A stretch of DNA of 64,000 nucleotides from Bdellovibrionota bacterium (GTDB lineage Bacteria; Bdellovibrionota_C; UBA2361; CAKMMH01), in contig JBMNLI010000017.1 in the NCBI GenBank assembly GCA_050952645.1, positions 128,001 to 192,000 of the forward strand. Reading direction: 5' to 3'. The notes beneath the pieces were generated by a model that worked only from the letters and a program-made list of their open reading frames with translations, made no database searches and had not been told where the DNA came from. Below, one piece after another: positions 40,275-51,900 of the stretch (its first letter is position 1; each line of letters opens with the position of its first letter). A program made the position numbers and the translations under genes.

Positions 40275-40925
40275 ATGGAAAAAATATTGCGTATCGCTTC
40301 TTTATTCTTATTATCATTCTCACTGTTTTTTTATGTTTCTTGCTCTGGAAAAGATATCGACGCTTCTGACCCACACGAGTTTAACTCAGGTCCCGTTGTA
40401 GATACTAGCGAACCTATCGAAGAGCTAGTAAAAAAAGCTAATAGACATTATGAGAAAAAAAACTACAGATCGGCTTTAAAATTTTTCGATAAGATTTATA
40501 AAAGAGAGCCTTACGGACGATACGCTTTATACGCCAAAACGAAAATGGCTGATGCATATTTTGAAAATAAAATGTATGAAGAGGCAGTAAATAATTATTA
40601 CGATTTAGTTAAAAGTCATATAGGCAACTATAACAAAGAATATGCTATATACATGACTGGTCTTTCAAACTTAAAATCTTTTAAAGGCACAGGGAGAAAT
40701 ACGACGTGCGTAAAAAAAGCCATAGAGTTTTTCGATGTTATACTAAACGATTATCCAAACTCAAAATACACTCTCGATGCTAAAAAATATAAATTAGAAT
40801 GCTACAAAATTTTAGCTAAAAGAGAAAAAGAAATATTAAAATATTATAAGAAACAAGGTGATACGGAAGCTCTAAAGGCTAGAGAGTTAGATTTTAAAAA
40901 TAATTGGGAAAAATATCTCTACTAA
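40275..40925 (+). CDS. bamD: Outer membrane assembly lipoprotein BamD
   Basis: Lipobox VSC; TPR pattern PYGRYA, EYAIYMTGL, YPNSKY..DA, LAKRE. Confidence 0.85.
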   Translation: MEKILRIASLFLLSFSLFFYVSCSGKDIDASDPHEFNSGPVVDTSEPIEELVKKANRHYEKKNYRSALKFFDKIYKREPYGRYALYAKTKMADAYFENKMYEEAVNNYYDLVKSHIGNYNKEYAIYMTGLSNLKSFKGTGRNTTCVKKAIEFFDVILNDYPNSKYTLDAKKYKLECYKILAKREKEILKYYKKQGDTEALKARELDFKNNWEKYLY

Positions 40926-40938
40926 TTAAAAATGTGAT

Positions 40939-41277
40939 TTAATTAAAAATATAATTCCCCTCTTTGCGAACTTCACTTATTTTTTTTGAAATTGAAAATT
41001 TAGTGATAAGTCTTTTTATAAAGATATTATCAGGATTTTTTTGGTTTAAATATAAGAGTTCCTTAAGGGCAAAGTCTACATATCCACAATCGTAATAAGT
41101 TCTAGCAAGGACTAGTCTTCCTCTATCTACCGATGGATATTTGCTTAACCCCTCAAGGCAAACTCTTATCGAGGCAGAGTGCTTTTTAACAAGCCTTAAC
41201 TTCTCGGCATACTCTGGAAAAAATTCCATTTCTGCACTCTGTCTTAAATTATGTTTTAAATTATTAGTATACTTCAT
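40939..41277 (-). CDS. Small TPR-like protein
   Basis: CLEGLSKYP...GRLVLARTYY...A.KEL...NPDN; overlaps the stop of the upstream gene. Confidence 0.7.
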   Translation of the reverse strand: MKYTNNLKHNLRQSAEMEFFPEYAEKLRLVKKHSASIRVCLEGLSKYPSVDRGRLVLARTYYDCGYVDFALKELLYLNQKNPDNIFIKRLITKFSISKKISEVRKEGNYIFN

Positions 41278-41998
41278 CTATCACTTCTACTTCATCAACC
41301 CCATCCCCTTGAACCACATCTTCTTGCCCTTGAGATGCATAATTAGGCCCCGAACAAGCGATTTTGTCTTCTTCACATTGATTAAATTGTGCAAACAAAA
41401 CTGCTATGGATCTTGAAAATGTAAGTATCTCGCCAGTTTTAGAAACTGCTGTTAAATAAAATATAACGTTCTTCGTTCCTACTCCTTCTATGCGCTCATT
41501 ACCACCAATCAATCTTTGTCCATTAGATGCATTTTCGGTAAATTGCCCAAACGTTACTATCTCATTAGGATTACGAGCCGAAGCGTCCCCTTCGTTTATA
41601 TCTCTACCACCTACGTAATTATTTCCGTAAAAAGCAATATTAGGTGAAACGTAATCATTACCACCACCATAATAATTTTTTACCACATAATAATAGTGTG
41701 AAAGTTCCACGTCGTATCCTAAATCATTTATCACTTGAAACCTTACGATACCATTAAAATAAGGTTCAGATGTAATTTCAATATCACCACTACCAGTTGA
41801 GCAGCAAAGGTGAGCTTCTATGTCGATCTCATTTCCTACTACATCTTCACTCTCAATAAATACCTTAGTATTTCCAACGGCAATCTTATTTACTCTTACT
41901 TGAGAAATCTCATTATGAACTTTTCCGCAAGCTACACAGAAAACCGATATCACCATAGCAGAAACTACTAAGATTAACCCTTTATTTATTTTGCTCAT
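41264..41998 (-). CDS. Hypothetical lipoprotein downstream of pilQ
   Basis: AAGGAG RBS; lipobox VAC-G; beta-rich with acidic tail. Confidence 0.78.
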   Translation of the reverse strand: MSKINKGLILVVSAMVISVFCVACGKVHNEISQVRVNKIAVGNTKVFIESEDVVGNEIDIEAHLCCSTGSGDIEITSEPYFNGIVRFQVINDLGYDVELSHYYYVVKNYYGGGNDYVSPNIAFYGNNYVGGRDINEGDASARNPNEIVTFGQFTENASNGQRLIGGNERIEGVGTKNVIFYLTAVSKTGEILTFSRSIAVLFAQFNQCEEDKIACSGPNYASQGQEDVVQGDGVDEVEVIDEVY

Positions 41999-42057
41999 TT
42001 ATATCTCCTTTATGTTTAAAATTCGTATATTAATTTTTTACTAATTCTGCTTAAATA

Positions 42058-44910
42058 CTACTTAGCATCATCAAAACTACCCTCTACAATCCTTGGCGTT
42101 ACGAAGAACAACAATTCTTCATCAGAGTTATCAACACTCGATTTTCTAAAGAAATGCCCAAGAACTGGAATATCTTTCAAAAAAGGCACGCCTGCAAGAG
42201 TATCTTTATCGGTAACTTTATATATACCACCTAAAGCAAACGTTTGCCCACTAGATACAAGCACGGTTGATGTAGCACGTCTGATAACTATCGATGGAAT
42301 CCCATCAACTGCTCTTGAACCAAAGTGGCTAGACTCGCCCATGATATCTAAAAGCACGTAATAGTCTGGTGAAGCTTGTGGAGTAACTTTTAAAGTAATA
42401 CCTGCATCGATACTTTCTGTTGCAGATTTGCTTACGCCTGATGCAGATGAACCTTGCCCAGTTGCTATTGAGGTTCCCCCATCTGGCAATCTTATGGATA
42501 CAGTTTCAACACTCTTTATTTCAGCAGGTGTATTGTTAGTAGTTACTACAGATGGTTTGCTAACAATTTTAAGCCTTCCTTCGTTTTCAAGTCCTGAAAT
42601 GCGAGCTTGCAGGCTTTTAGAGCCATCAAGGCTATCAAATATAAGGCTTACAGCAGAACCACCAACTTCACTAATAGCTGCAGGGAAGCTTGAAAAATTC
42701 CCACCATTGCTCCCTCCTACTGCAACAGTTGAAGGGAAATTATACCCAGTAGCATTCCCCGTTAGTTCAGATTGAATTAACGTAAAACCAAACTCAGAAC
42801 CTAGCTCTCTAACTAAATTTCTTTCTGCCTCTATAATTTGAGTTTCTAAAAGAATTTGTGGAGTTCTTAAGTCTGCTTTTTTTATTATCTCAAAAGCATC
42901 TTTTATTCTTGGCTTAATATCCTTAATAAAAATTTGATTACTTCTATCATCAAACGTAACGCTTCCTCTATCAGATAGCACGGATTCGACTAAAGCTTGA
43001 AGCTCGGCAGCTTTTGCATAACTTACCTTTCTGTAAGCTAGTTGCAAAGGCTCTAAATTTTCTTCAGCTTGACGAGCGGCCTTTAGTTCCTCTCTTTCAC
43101 TTTTTAACTTATTTACAGGAGCGATTCTAACGACATTTCCCTCTTGCACTTTATCTAGTCCGTTAGTTTTTAAAATAACATCTAACGCTTGATCCCAAGG
43201 CACATTGTTTAATCTTAGTGAAACTTTTCCCGTGATATCATCGCTAGCTACAATATTTAAGTTTGACACTTCAGCTATAATTTTTAATGCATTACCAATA
43301 TCGGTGTCTTGGAAATCTAAGCTTATAAGTTTTCCAGTATAGCCTGATGCTGGGTCTAAAAGTTTAACTATCTCTTCATCGATACCTTCAAAATCTTCTT
43401 TTATCATTTCATCTTCATTGCCTAGCCCCTTTTTATCATCTGAATACTCTTGAGAGATATCATCTATTTCAATAGTACCACCTAAGCCGCTATTTATCTC
43501 CTCTCCTAAATTTTTCTCTTTAGCATCATCGTTTACATTCTCGTTAGTATCATTAATTGCTTTATTACTACTTTCCATATTAAATTTCTCTTTTAATTTT
43601 GATAAATCCATTTGAGCTTTAATATTTTCTTTTGCGGTAGTAGCATCAGCTTTTTGAATAGTTGCTTTTAAAGAATCGTTATTTTTAAGCTTGCCGCCGA
43701 GCACATCTTTATCAGCTACAATTTTATGTGTTTCCTTAATTTCTTTTGCGCTTTTTTTAATATCATTTTTTATATTATTTTTAGCATTATTTTGTGCATT
43801 ATAATTTTCTGAAATTAAAACCCCTAAGTTAGTCCTAGTGGCATTAAGCTCAGTATCTTTATTTACGTATAATTTAATAACTGTATCATTATCGCTTTTA
43901 TTTGCTTGGATACTATTTAATGAACTATACGTTTTTGGTAAAGCTATAGGTTTATCTGCTTCTTTTGCTAAAATAGTATTTTTTAATCTTAGACTATATT
44001 CACTATCAGAGTTTTTTTCTAAATCAAACGTCACATTGCTATCAACATTTACATTTACTTGTAATCTATTTGCTTTTTCTTGACATTGTATTTTTGAAAC
44101 TACATATTGTTTATTTAATTTAATTTTATCATTCTTTAATTTTGCTTCTTTAATTTTTGCTTCTCGCATTTTTATCTCGCTATTAGCAAGGTTAGCAAGT
44201 TTTTGATTTTCTTTTTCTGAAACTTGCTTTTCAGCTAACTTGTTAGCTTCCATAATGCCTTTTTTATCTTCATTAATTTTAGCTAAAATAGCACTATTTA
44301 AATCACTGCTTTCTTCATTAATTTTATCAACTTTACTAGCTTCTTTAGTAGTATTTAACTTAGTAGTATTTAAAACGTTTGCTATTTTTGTTTTATTATC
44401 TGAAATAAAAACATCAAAACCTTGATTATTCTTAACTACATCGTAAGACACATTATTTAAGTTTGATGAGTTTAAATCGAAAACAAATCTTGCTTTATCA
44501 GGATGAGCTCCTAACCTTAAAGATGAAACATACTTACTATTGATAGAAAAGTTTTGGTTTCTCCCTTTCCCCTCTCCTTTTAAGTCGAGAACTAATCTTA
44601 GTGGACTTTGCATAACGTTTGCGCTATAAGAACTATTAGGATTTTTAGTGCCTATGTGATACTTCTCTACATCATTATAGTGCATAGTTTTAATATTTAA
44701 TGTGTGGGATAACACTTTTTCATTTCCTAAAACTGCTCTATTTACAGCATTTTCTATCGCTTGAGAAATATTTTTATTATATCTATCTTGACTAGTTTGC
44801 ACCTTTACAGCATCTTCTTTTTGCACCGTTGAACAAGCAAGCATATTTAATGATAAGAGCACTACTATAAGTGATTTATTTATTAAGTGCTTTTTGTTAT
44901 TCTTTTTCAT
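42058..44910 (-). CDS. pilQ: Type IV pilus secretin PilQ with AMIN domains
   Basis: Lipobox LAC; AMIN-like PLRLVLDL and RLGAHPDKARFVFDL; YTGKLISLDFQD, VPWDQALD, GVPFLKDIPVLGHFF, ELLFFVTPRI. Confidence 0.93.
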   Translation of the reverse strand: MKKNNKKHLINKSLIVVLLSLNMLACSTVQKEDAVKVQTSQDRYNKNISQAIENAVNRAVLGNEKVLSHTLNIKTMHYNDVEKYHIGTKNPNSSYSANVMQSPLRLVLDLKGEGKGRNQNFSINSKYVSSLRLGAHPDKARFVFDLNSSNLNNVSYDVVKNNQGFDVFISDNKTKIANVLNTTKLNTTKEASKVDKINEESSDLNSAILAKINEDKKGIMEANKLAEKQVSEKENQKLANLANSEIKMREAKIKEAKLKNDKIKLNKQYVVSKIQCQEKANRLQVNVNVDSNVTFDLEKNSDSEYSLRLKNTILAKEADKPIALPKTYSSLNSIQANKSDNDTVIKLYVNKDTELNATRTNLGVLISENYNAQNNAKNNIKNDIKKSAKEIKETHKIVADKDVLGGKLKNNDSLKATIQKADATTAKENIKAQMDLSKLKEKFNMESSNKAINDTNENVNDDAKEKNLGEEINSGLGGTIEIDDISQEYSDDKKGLGNEDEMIKEDFEGIDEEIVKLLDPASGYTGKLISLDFQDTDIGNALKIIAEVSNLNIVASDDITGKVSLRLNNVPWDQALDVILKTNGLDKVQEGNVVRIAPVNKLKSEREELKAARQAEENLEPLQLAYRKVSYAKAAELQALVESVLSDRGSVTFDDRSNQIFIKDIKPRIKDAFEIIKKADLRTPQILLETQIIEAERNLVRELGSEFGFTLIQSELTGNATGYNFPSTVAVGGSNGGNFSSFPAAISEVGGSAVSLIFDSLDGSKSLQARISGLENEGRLKIVSKPSVVTTNNTPAEIKSVETVSIRLPDGGTSIATGQGSSASGVSKSATESIDAGITLKVTPQASPDYYVLLDIMGESSHFGSRAVDGIPSIVIRRATSTVLVSSGQTFALGGIYKVTDKDTLAGVPFLKDIPVLGHFFRKSSVDNSDEELLFFVTPRIVEGSFDDAK

Positions 44911-45257
44911 TGGAATTTTTCCTTAAAATTAAATAATTAAAATTAAATAAATTACATTCTTTTCGTTTTATAAAAGAAACTGTAAATTATGATGCGAAAG
45001 AGGATTATAAGTTGTCAAAAATTTATTTTATTACAAATTTGATACAAAACACTTTAATTCTTTGATCTTATTCTTTAATATTATTCTTTGATTATCATTC
45101 TAGTTATCATTCTAGTTATCATTCTGCTTACCATTCTATGGTATATGATATTTGATATATTATTATTTGGTATATTATTAGATGTATCGCTACTTTTTTA
45201 GCATTGATTATACGTAAAATTTATTAAATAAATTTATTAAGCTACCATGAAATCGCA

Positions 45258-46013
45258 TTAAATCGTTATCTCATAAATATAGACGAAACCGCCTAACATA
45301 ATTTCATAATGTGAACAATTTAAATTATTTCTAGAAAGTATTTCTATAAACTCTTTGCTAGATGGAAAATTAAGCACTGAAGAAGATAAGTATTTATACG
45401 CTTTTTTATTTCCACAAAAAACTTTTATAATTAGTGGCATTATTTTTAGAAAATAAAATGAAAAAATTTTTCCCCAGAAATTATTATTTTTTTGCTTTCC
45501 AAACTCTAGTATATATATAATGCCATCCTTTTTTAAAGTTCTTCTAATTTCTTTTAAGCCTTTATCTAAATCATAAAAATTCCTAACGCCATACGAAACT
45601 ACGATTAAATCGAAAAACTCATCGCTAAATCGTAAATTTTCAGCTTCGCTATTTATAAACTCGACATCTATATTTTGTTTTTTGCATCTTTCTTTTGCTA
45701 AACTCAGCATCTCTTTAGAAATATCTACTGCATATAAGTTTTTAGAAATGCGTTTTAAATCTTTTAAAAGCGCTCCCGTTCCAGTGCATAAATCGAGAGC
45801 GTTTTCGTATAATTTTTTTTCGTTATAAAAATTTTCTTTATCAAAATTTTCTTGGCATAAATTTTTATAAGTTTTCTTTAAGGTAATTTTTTTTATTAGT
45901 CTTTTTTCCCAAAACTTATGGATACCAAAACTAATTACATTATTAAAGAAATCGTATCTTTTAGATATGCTTGAGAAAATTTCTATAATTTCACGCTTTT
46001 TATTCATAGACAA
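45258..46013 (-). CDS. ubiE: UbiE/MenG-family quinone biosynthesis methyltransferase
   Basis: F.SIS..YD..N.VISFGIH..W, LDLCTGTG, YGVRNF, ILEF, AYKYL..S. Confidence 0.88.
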   Translation of the reverse strand: MSMNKKREIIEIFSSISKRYDFFNNVISFGIHKFWEKRLIKKITLKKTYKNLCQENFDKENFYNEKKLYENALDLCTGTGALLKDLKRISKNLYAVDISKEMLSLAKERCKKQNIDVEFINSEAENLRFSDEFFDLIVVSYGVRNFYDLDKGLKEIRRTLKKDGIIYILEFGKQKNNNFWGKIFSFYFLKIMPLIIKVFCGNKKAYKYLSSSVLNFPSSKEFIEILSRNNLNCSHYEIMLGGFVYIYEITI

Positions 46014-46089
46014 ACAAAGTATAATATATATAGTGTTTTTTACTTTTATAAATTTTAAAAGTTTTACAAAAAATTTTAAGGTATCTTAT

Positions 46090-46698
46090 ATGAAATACTA
46101 TATCAAAAATAATATCAAAAAAAATTACGATTTGAAAAGCAAAAGTTTATTAAAAACAATCTTGCTATTTACATTAATATTTAGCCAAGCTTGTTCAATA
46201 TTCGATAATAAACAAGTTAATAATAAGCAAGTAGCACAAACGTCAGATGCTCAAAATTTACAGAATTTAGAGCAAAATGCGGGGCAAAATAACACCTATG
46301 ATAATATTTATGATGACAGCTCTTACGGTGAAACGAATCCGTATAAAGGAGAGAAGGATTTTACTAGTAGGAAAGAGTGGCAAGCAAACGGCGTTTTAGG
46401 AAACGCACAATCTAGCACCTCTCTTTTGATTTCAGACGTAGAAGTGCTCTGGTTAATACCTAACCAAGAGGTCGAAGGGTTTATTTTAAGTTATGGATTT
46501 GATGAAAATAATTTAAATAATAAAGTGCAAATCCTTACTAGCGAGCTTGAGGTAGTGTCAGACCCTATTTATAACAGGGTATACAGGTACGTTTTAAAAA
46601 ATATTCCTAAAGACAAGAAGCTTTTTATACAACTTACCTCGTTTAACAATAATGAATTTTCTTTACCAAGTAAAGTTTTTACATTGCGCGTAAACTAA
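46090..46698 (+). CDS. Hypothetical lipoprotein with C-terminal Fn3-like segment
   Basis: ATG at 46090 avoids overlap with ubiE; lipobox SQAC; VEVLW...GFILSYG...S.PS. Confidence 0.7.
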   Translation: MKYYIKNNIKKNYDLKSKSLLKTILLFTLIFSQACSIFDNKQVNNKQVAQTSDAQNLQNLEQNAGQNNTYDNIYDDSSYGETNPYKGEKDFTSRKEWQANGVLGNAQSSTSLLISDVEVLWLIPNQEVEGFILSYGFDENNLNNKVQILTSELEVVSDPIYNRVYRYVLKNIPKDKKLFIQLTSFNNNEFSLPSKVFTLRVN

Positions 46699-46919
46699 AC
46701 TAGTTATAAACTAGTAGTAGTTAGTTATGCTTTATGCGTAATGAATGAGCCATATTATTTTTAAAGTTAAGTTTAAATAGCTAAGCTTTGAAATTTTGAT
46801 TTATTTAGTTTTACGCTTACATACATTTAATAAGCTTGTATTATTTTTATGCTATATAGCGCTATATAAATGTTTATTATGTAAGTATTTAATGTTGTTT
46901 TTATTAAAGGATTTCAATT

Positions 46920-47966
46920 ATGAAGAAAGGAACAATTATTATTATATCGATTATATTGCTTATCGTAGGTATATATTGGTATGCTAAAGATAGTAGCAAA
47001 GATGCAAAGCCACAAAAAGCCGCTAGCGTAGAAAGTACTCAAACGACGACGCTAAATGATGCGCAAGAAGAAAGTGCTAGGGAAGCACAAGAAGAAAGCG
47101 ATGAAGATAGCGAAGATATTACAGATGATGAAGGAGAACTCGACATCCGCCCTGCTGTTGACGTATATAGCTCTGCTGACGAAGCACTTAAAGCAGTAAG
47201 AAAAGCTGCTATAAATTATGATGATATCGTAATAGAGCAATTTTATATGCTAGGAAATTGCTCGTGGTGCGAAAAATTTTATACTGATATTACGAATCTT
47301 ACGCTCGATAAAAGAATAAGTAGCGATGAGAGAACTTACTATGCAGAGATTTTAGGCACTAGTGGTAGAAAAGAAAATATTGAAACGTTAGTTTACGCCG
47401 CTACTAATAGCGAAAATGAGACTGAAAAAGATATTTTTACCGAAGCGCTAGAGCTTTCTAACTTATCAAACGAGTCTTTAAATTACTTAAAAGAAGAATA
47501 TAAAAATTTTTATGATGAAGAATTGAAAATAGCAACTATCGCTGCTATAAGCAATCAAGGCACGAAGGATTCAATCGAAATTTTATATGAAATGACTAAA
47601 GAATCTAACGACCCTAAAGGATTTTACGACGATGGCGTAGGTCTAGGCGAGGTAGTTCCTGAAGATGCAGCTTTCCCACTATTAGACGAGATTGCTTCTA
47701 AGAGAGATAATTACTCTCATCTTGCTATAAAGGCTTTGCTTAATGGCGGACTCGAGGGAACGAAAAGAGTAATCGACATCTTAGCTAATGGTAAAAATTC
47801 AAAAGATGATATCAAAAAACTAGATCTTGAAAATGCCGCAGATCACGTTTTATATGATGATGAAACTAAATCATTTTTACAGAGCGTTCAAAATCCAAAC
47901 GAAGCTCAAGAATTCTTTATCGATGAAATTATTAGAGTTTCTGCTGAAAGCAAAAATGATGAATAA
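46920..47966 (+). CDS. Membrane-anchored acidic protein, possibly HEAT/ARM-like
   Basis: AAGGA RBS; N-terminal TM helix; CSWC motif; helical repeats. Confidence 0.75.
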   Translation: MKKGTIIIISIILLIVGIYWYAKDSSKDAKPQKAASVESTQTTTLNDAQEESAREAQEESDEDSEDITDDEGELDIRPAVDVYSSADEALKAVRKAAINYDDIVIEQFYMLGNCSWCEKFYTDITNLTLDKRISSDERTYYAEILGTSGRKENIETLVYAATNSENETEKDIFTEALELSNLSNESLNYLKEEYKNFYDEELKIATIAAISNQGTKDSIEILYEMTKESNDPKGFYDDGVGLGEVVPEDAAFPLLDEIASKRDNYSHLAIKALLNGGLEGTKRVIDILANGKNSKDDIKKLDLENAADHVLYDDETKSFLQSVQNPNEAQEFFIDEIIRVSAESKNDE

Positions 47967-48011
47967 TAATAAAAATAATAATGAAAATATAGAGTAATCT
48001 CTTAAAATAAT

Positions 48012-48052
48012 AAAAAGGAGTTCTTGATTTTTAAAAGGGACTCCTTTTTTTT
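48012..48052 (+). terminator. Rho-independent terminator
   Basis: aaaaaggagttc...gggactccttttt followed by a T run. Confidence 0.8.
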
Positions 48053-48169
48053 ATATTTTTTTTATATTTTTTTATATCTCTCTATTTATTTATATCCTTT
48101 AAAAAAAATTAAAAACATAATATAATTATTTATATTTGTTAGAATTTTACGTTTTTTTTAAAGGCTTTT

Positions 48170-48871
48170 ATGGATAATAAATTTTACAGGTTCCGTGTTC
48201 CCTTATCGTTTATTTTTTCATTTATTTTTTTACTGCTTATAAACTTAATCTTTTTCCCTAAAATATCTTATTCTAAGGAAGATAGCGATTTTACAGTAAG
48301 CGAAAAAAGCCTTTATTTTGAAAAAACACAAAAGCCTATAAGAAATATAGTTATAACTAATCAAAGCGAAACTACCCTATATATAAAAGGCGAAATAAAA
48401 AAGATTATTAACGATGATTTTTTTGCTCCAGAATTTTCAGAGACTAAGGAAGTGATTATTACTCCTAAGAATGCTTCGATAAAACCTAAAGAGTCTTTAA
48501 CATTTAGAGTAGTCTATCTTCCTACTACCTCTCAAAAGGAAAACCAATATAAACTTTCTTTTACTCCTTATAATAAAGATTTTAGCAAACCAAATACTAA
48601 GGAAACTTTCGATATCGATGTATTAACAGACCCTCTTATAGTAAACGATGCTTTTTCTATTATCAGAGGGAAAAAAGATATCACATTTAAAAATAGCGGA
48701 AATAGAAGCGTTTATATTTACGATGCTAAAAGCTGTGATAGCAAAAATTGCGAGAAACTTTTAGATATACGAATTCCAAGTGGCACTGAGCTAAAATTAG
48801 ATATAGAAAGAAATAAAACTTTTTATGGAATACAAAAAATAGGAACAGATTATAAAAACATTAAATATTAA
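48170..48871 (+). CDS. Fimbrial periplasmic chaperone (chaperone-usher pathway)
   Basis: Signal segment; I.ITNQSETTLYI, ITP....IKPKE...FRV, FKNSGNRSV, C-terminal Cys pair; upstream of the usher. Confidence 0.75.
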   Translation: MDNKFYRFRVPLSFIFSFIFLLLINLIFFPKISYSKEDSDFTVSEKSLYFEKTQKPIRNIVITNQSETTLYIKGEIKKIINDDFFAPEFSETKEVIITPKNASIKPKESLTFRVVYLPTTSQKENQYKLSFTPYNKDFSKPNTKETFDIDVLTDPLIVNDAFSIIRGKKDITFKNSGNRSVYIYDAKSCDSKNCEKLLDIRIPSGTELKLDIERNKTFYGIQKIGTDYKNIKY

Positions 48872-48904
48872 GAAATAAAATATTAATAAATATAAATAAA
48901 AAAT

Positions 48905-51900
48905 ATGAATAAAAAGGTTTTTTTTACTATACTATTTTTTATAGGAATAATAGCTTTTGCACTCCCTGTGCACTCGACTAATACTAATATTAGTGTAGAA
49001 ACAACTAAAGACCAAACTAACACATCAGAAATTTTTTTAAAAAATAACTTAAAAAAGAAAGCATCTATAAGATTAAAAAGAGAAAAAAGAAAAAGCGAGG
49101 ATTTAATAGAAAAAGCTTCTACAAATGAAGCTACTAGTAGCAGTTATAATGCTAATAATAATACTAATAATAATACTAATAATAATACTAATAATAATAC
49201 TAATAATAATACTGAGAATATTATCAAAACTAAAAACGATATAGATAACAAAAATAATAACGAAGATAATAAAGAAAATAATAACGGGAATAATAACGAT
49301 ATAAAAATTTTAAAAAATGAAAATATGGAGGCAAGACCGCTAGGTGCTGTATGGTGGGAAGATACTACTAAAGATGGCGCTTCTCTATCTGAAACTCAAT
49401 ATAATAAAACTCAAAATAAAACTCGAGATGGCGTAAAACAAAATTGGTGGGAGAAAACATCTAAAGGCGATGAACTTATAAAAATAAAAAACATTAAAGA
49501 AAATCATAATTGGTGGGAAAAACCAAAAGGTGCTAGCAAGGAGTTAGGAAGCGATACTGAAGCGCTCCCTTGGTGGTTAGATGGCAAGAACACTAAAGAG
49601 TACGATAAATTCTTGCAATTTACGGATGATACCGCTACCGCTAATTACGACATTACACTATTTGATCTATATCTAGGAGATAATCACGTAGGACTTGCGC
49701 TAGTTAATTATACCGATAAGTGGTTTACTCTCCCTGAGCCAGAGGATCTCTTAGAACAACTTTCTGGAGTAAAGAGTCCTAGTAAATTGCTACCTTTATT
49801 AAAAGGAAAAATTCCAAATTATAGAAATATCGACGGCATTGGAGAAATAGCCATAGAGAGAGATACATTTAAATTACTGATTAACGTAGATAAGGAAAAT
49901 TTAACTGAAACGAGGCTCGCTATAAATAAACTTATGCAAAATCCTCAAAATAAATTCTCACTAGAAAATAGAGTTTCTTTTACGACTTATGGAAATATAG
50001 ATGAGGATGAAACTACTAATTCTTTTGCACATAAAACGTTAGCAAGCTATGGAAAGCAATTTATGTTAGCTCAAGGCTATGTAGATGATGAAGATTCTTA
50101 TGAATTACAAGAATTAAATTTAGGAACCATCATAGATAAATATAGTGCAAAAGGCGGATTTTTACAAAACAGAGGCAACACTTTTACACCTAGTTTAAAT
50201 ATATTAGGTATGAAAATCGAGACTGAAGAGCAACTATTTTTAGATAGCGATTTAACGAAAGGAAGTAGGATAGAAATTTTCGTTCCATCTACTTCAAAAG
50301 TTTTATTTTATAGAAATAATATTTTAATCGATTACCAAATTTTAAATTACGGACTCCAAGAAATAGACACCACTAGATTCCCTCAAGGTAGCTACACTGT
50401 CGATATAGAAATAAGAGAGTATAACGGGCGTGTTACTAGGGAAAGTCAATTTTTCACAAAGAGTGGTTTGCTAGCATCTAGAGAGCGTCCTATTTATTAT
50501 GCAAGTTTAGGTTCTGCTCGTGATAAAACCGACATAATTGAGATTCCAGTTTTAGAAGCAGGATTTAGAGTGCGAGCAAATGATTTTTTAGAAACTGAGA
50601 ATTCTATTTTTGCCACTGAGTCTATCGGTATAGCTTCGGCAGCTTTAAAAGGACTTTGGAAAAATTATTATTTTAATGTTGAAGCGAGCGTTTCTAATGA
50701 GGGAGACGTTGGTTTTAACACGACATTAAATACTACATTTAAAGATACATTCTTTAGTATTTCTTGGACTGAGGTTCCGGGAGATAGCAACTTTGCTAAC
50801 GATTACACAACAGATTCTAAGAAAGATAGATTTTTACATGCTGCTTCATCTATAAAAAACAAGCGAAGAACTGTAAGCGGTAATATCCAAAGAAATTATA
50901 AAAATATTAGCTACGGAGTTCAAGGGAGCTACACTACTAATACTACAAGAGATAAAAAATATGATGAAGATATTTACGATGAAAACTTTTTTCTTATTTC
51001 AGAAGACAATTATGCTATTGGCCCTTGGGTTAACGTTAAACTTTTACAAGATGAAACTCAAAGTTTAGATTTTAAAACGAACTATTACTTTAAAAAGCAA
51101 GATGATAATTTAAATACGCAACTACAATACAACAAAAGATTAGATAGTAAAATATACAATAACACTAGTTTAAGCTTTAACAAAGAGACTGCTAAGTTCG
51201 CAAAATTATCGAACAGTTTAACGTATAGTGGTTTAAATACTACTACTAACACTGGGCTAGATGTAAATTTAGATGTAGAAGGCAGCAAGTATGAAGACGT
51301 TGATAATATACCTGTAAATAGCAACTTACAAATGGCTTATGGAAACCGTTACGTTTATATGACTGGAAATTTAAATAATCAGCTTTATGATTCTAAGAGC
51401 AATACTAGCTATGGAGGCACTATCCAATCTAGCATGATATTGACTGAAGATGGGTTTGGAAGAATTATGACCCCACAAAGAAGCAATTCAATGGTGATAA
51501 TAAATATTAAAGATAAATCTTCAAGTGAGAGTCGAAATGAGAGTTCAAGTAAAAAAAGTTCTAATAGTATCTTTTCAGTTATTGTAAATGATATAAAGTA
51601 CACGGAAGCTAGGGCTAATACCCCTACTTTGATAACTTTAAGCCCATATAAGACTTATAAAATAAGGATACAATCGACTGAAGACTCAGATTTAACCGAC
51701 TACGACAACAAGTCGAAAGTGATTACTTTATTCCCAGGAAATATTGGAGAGGTCTCTTGGGAGATAAAGAAAGTCTTTATAGGAATCGGCGTTATCGTAG
51801 ATGAGAGTGGCAAGCCTATAAAACATCAAAAAATTAAAGGTGTTGCCGACTACGTTTATACTGAAGAAGATGGCTCTTTTCAGGCTAATCTTACGGGGAA

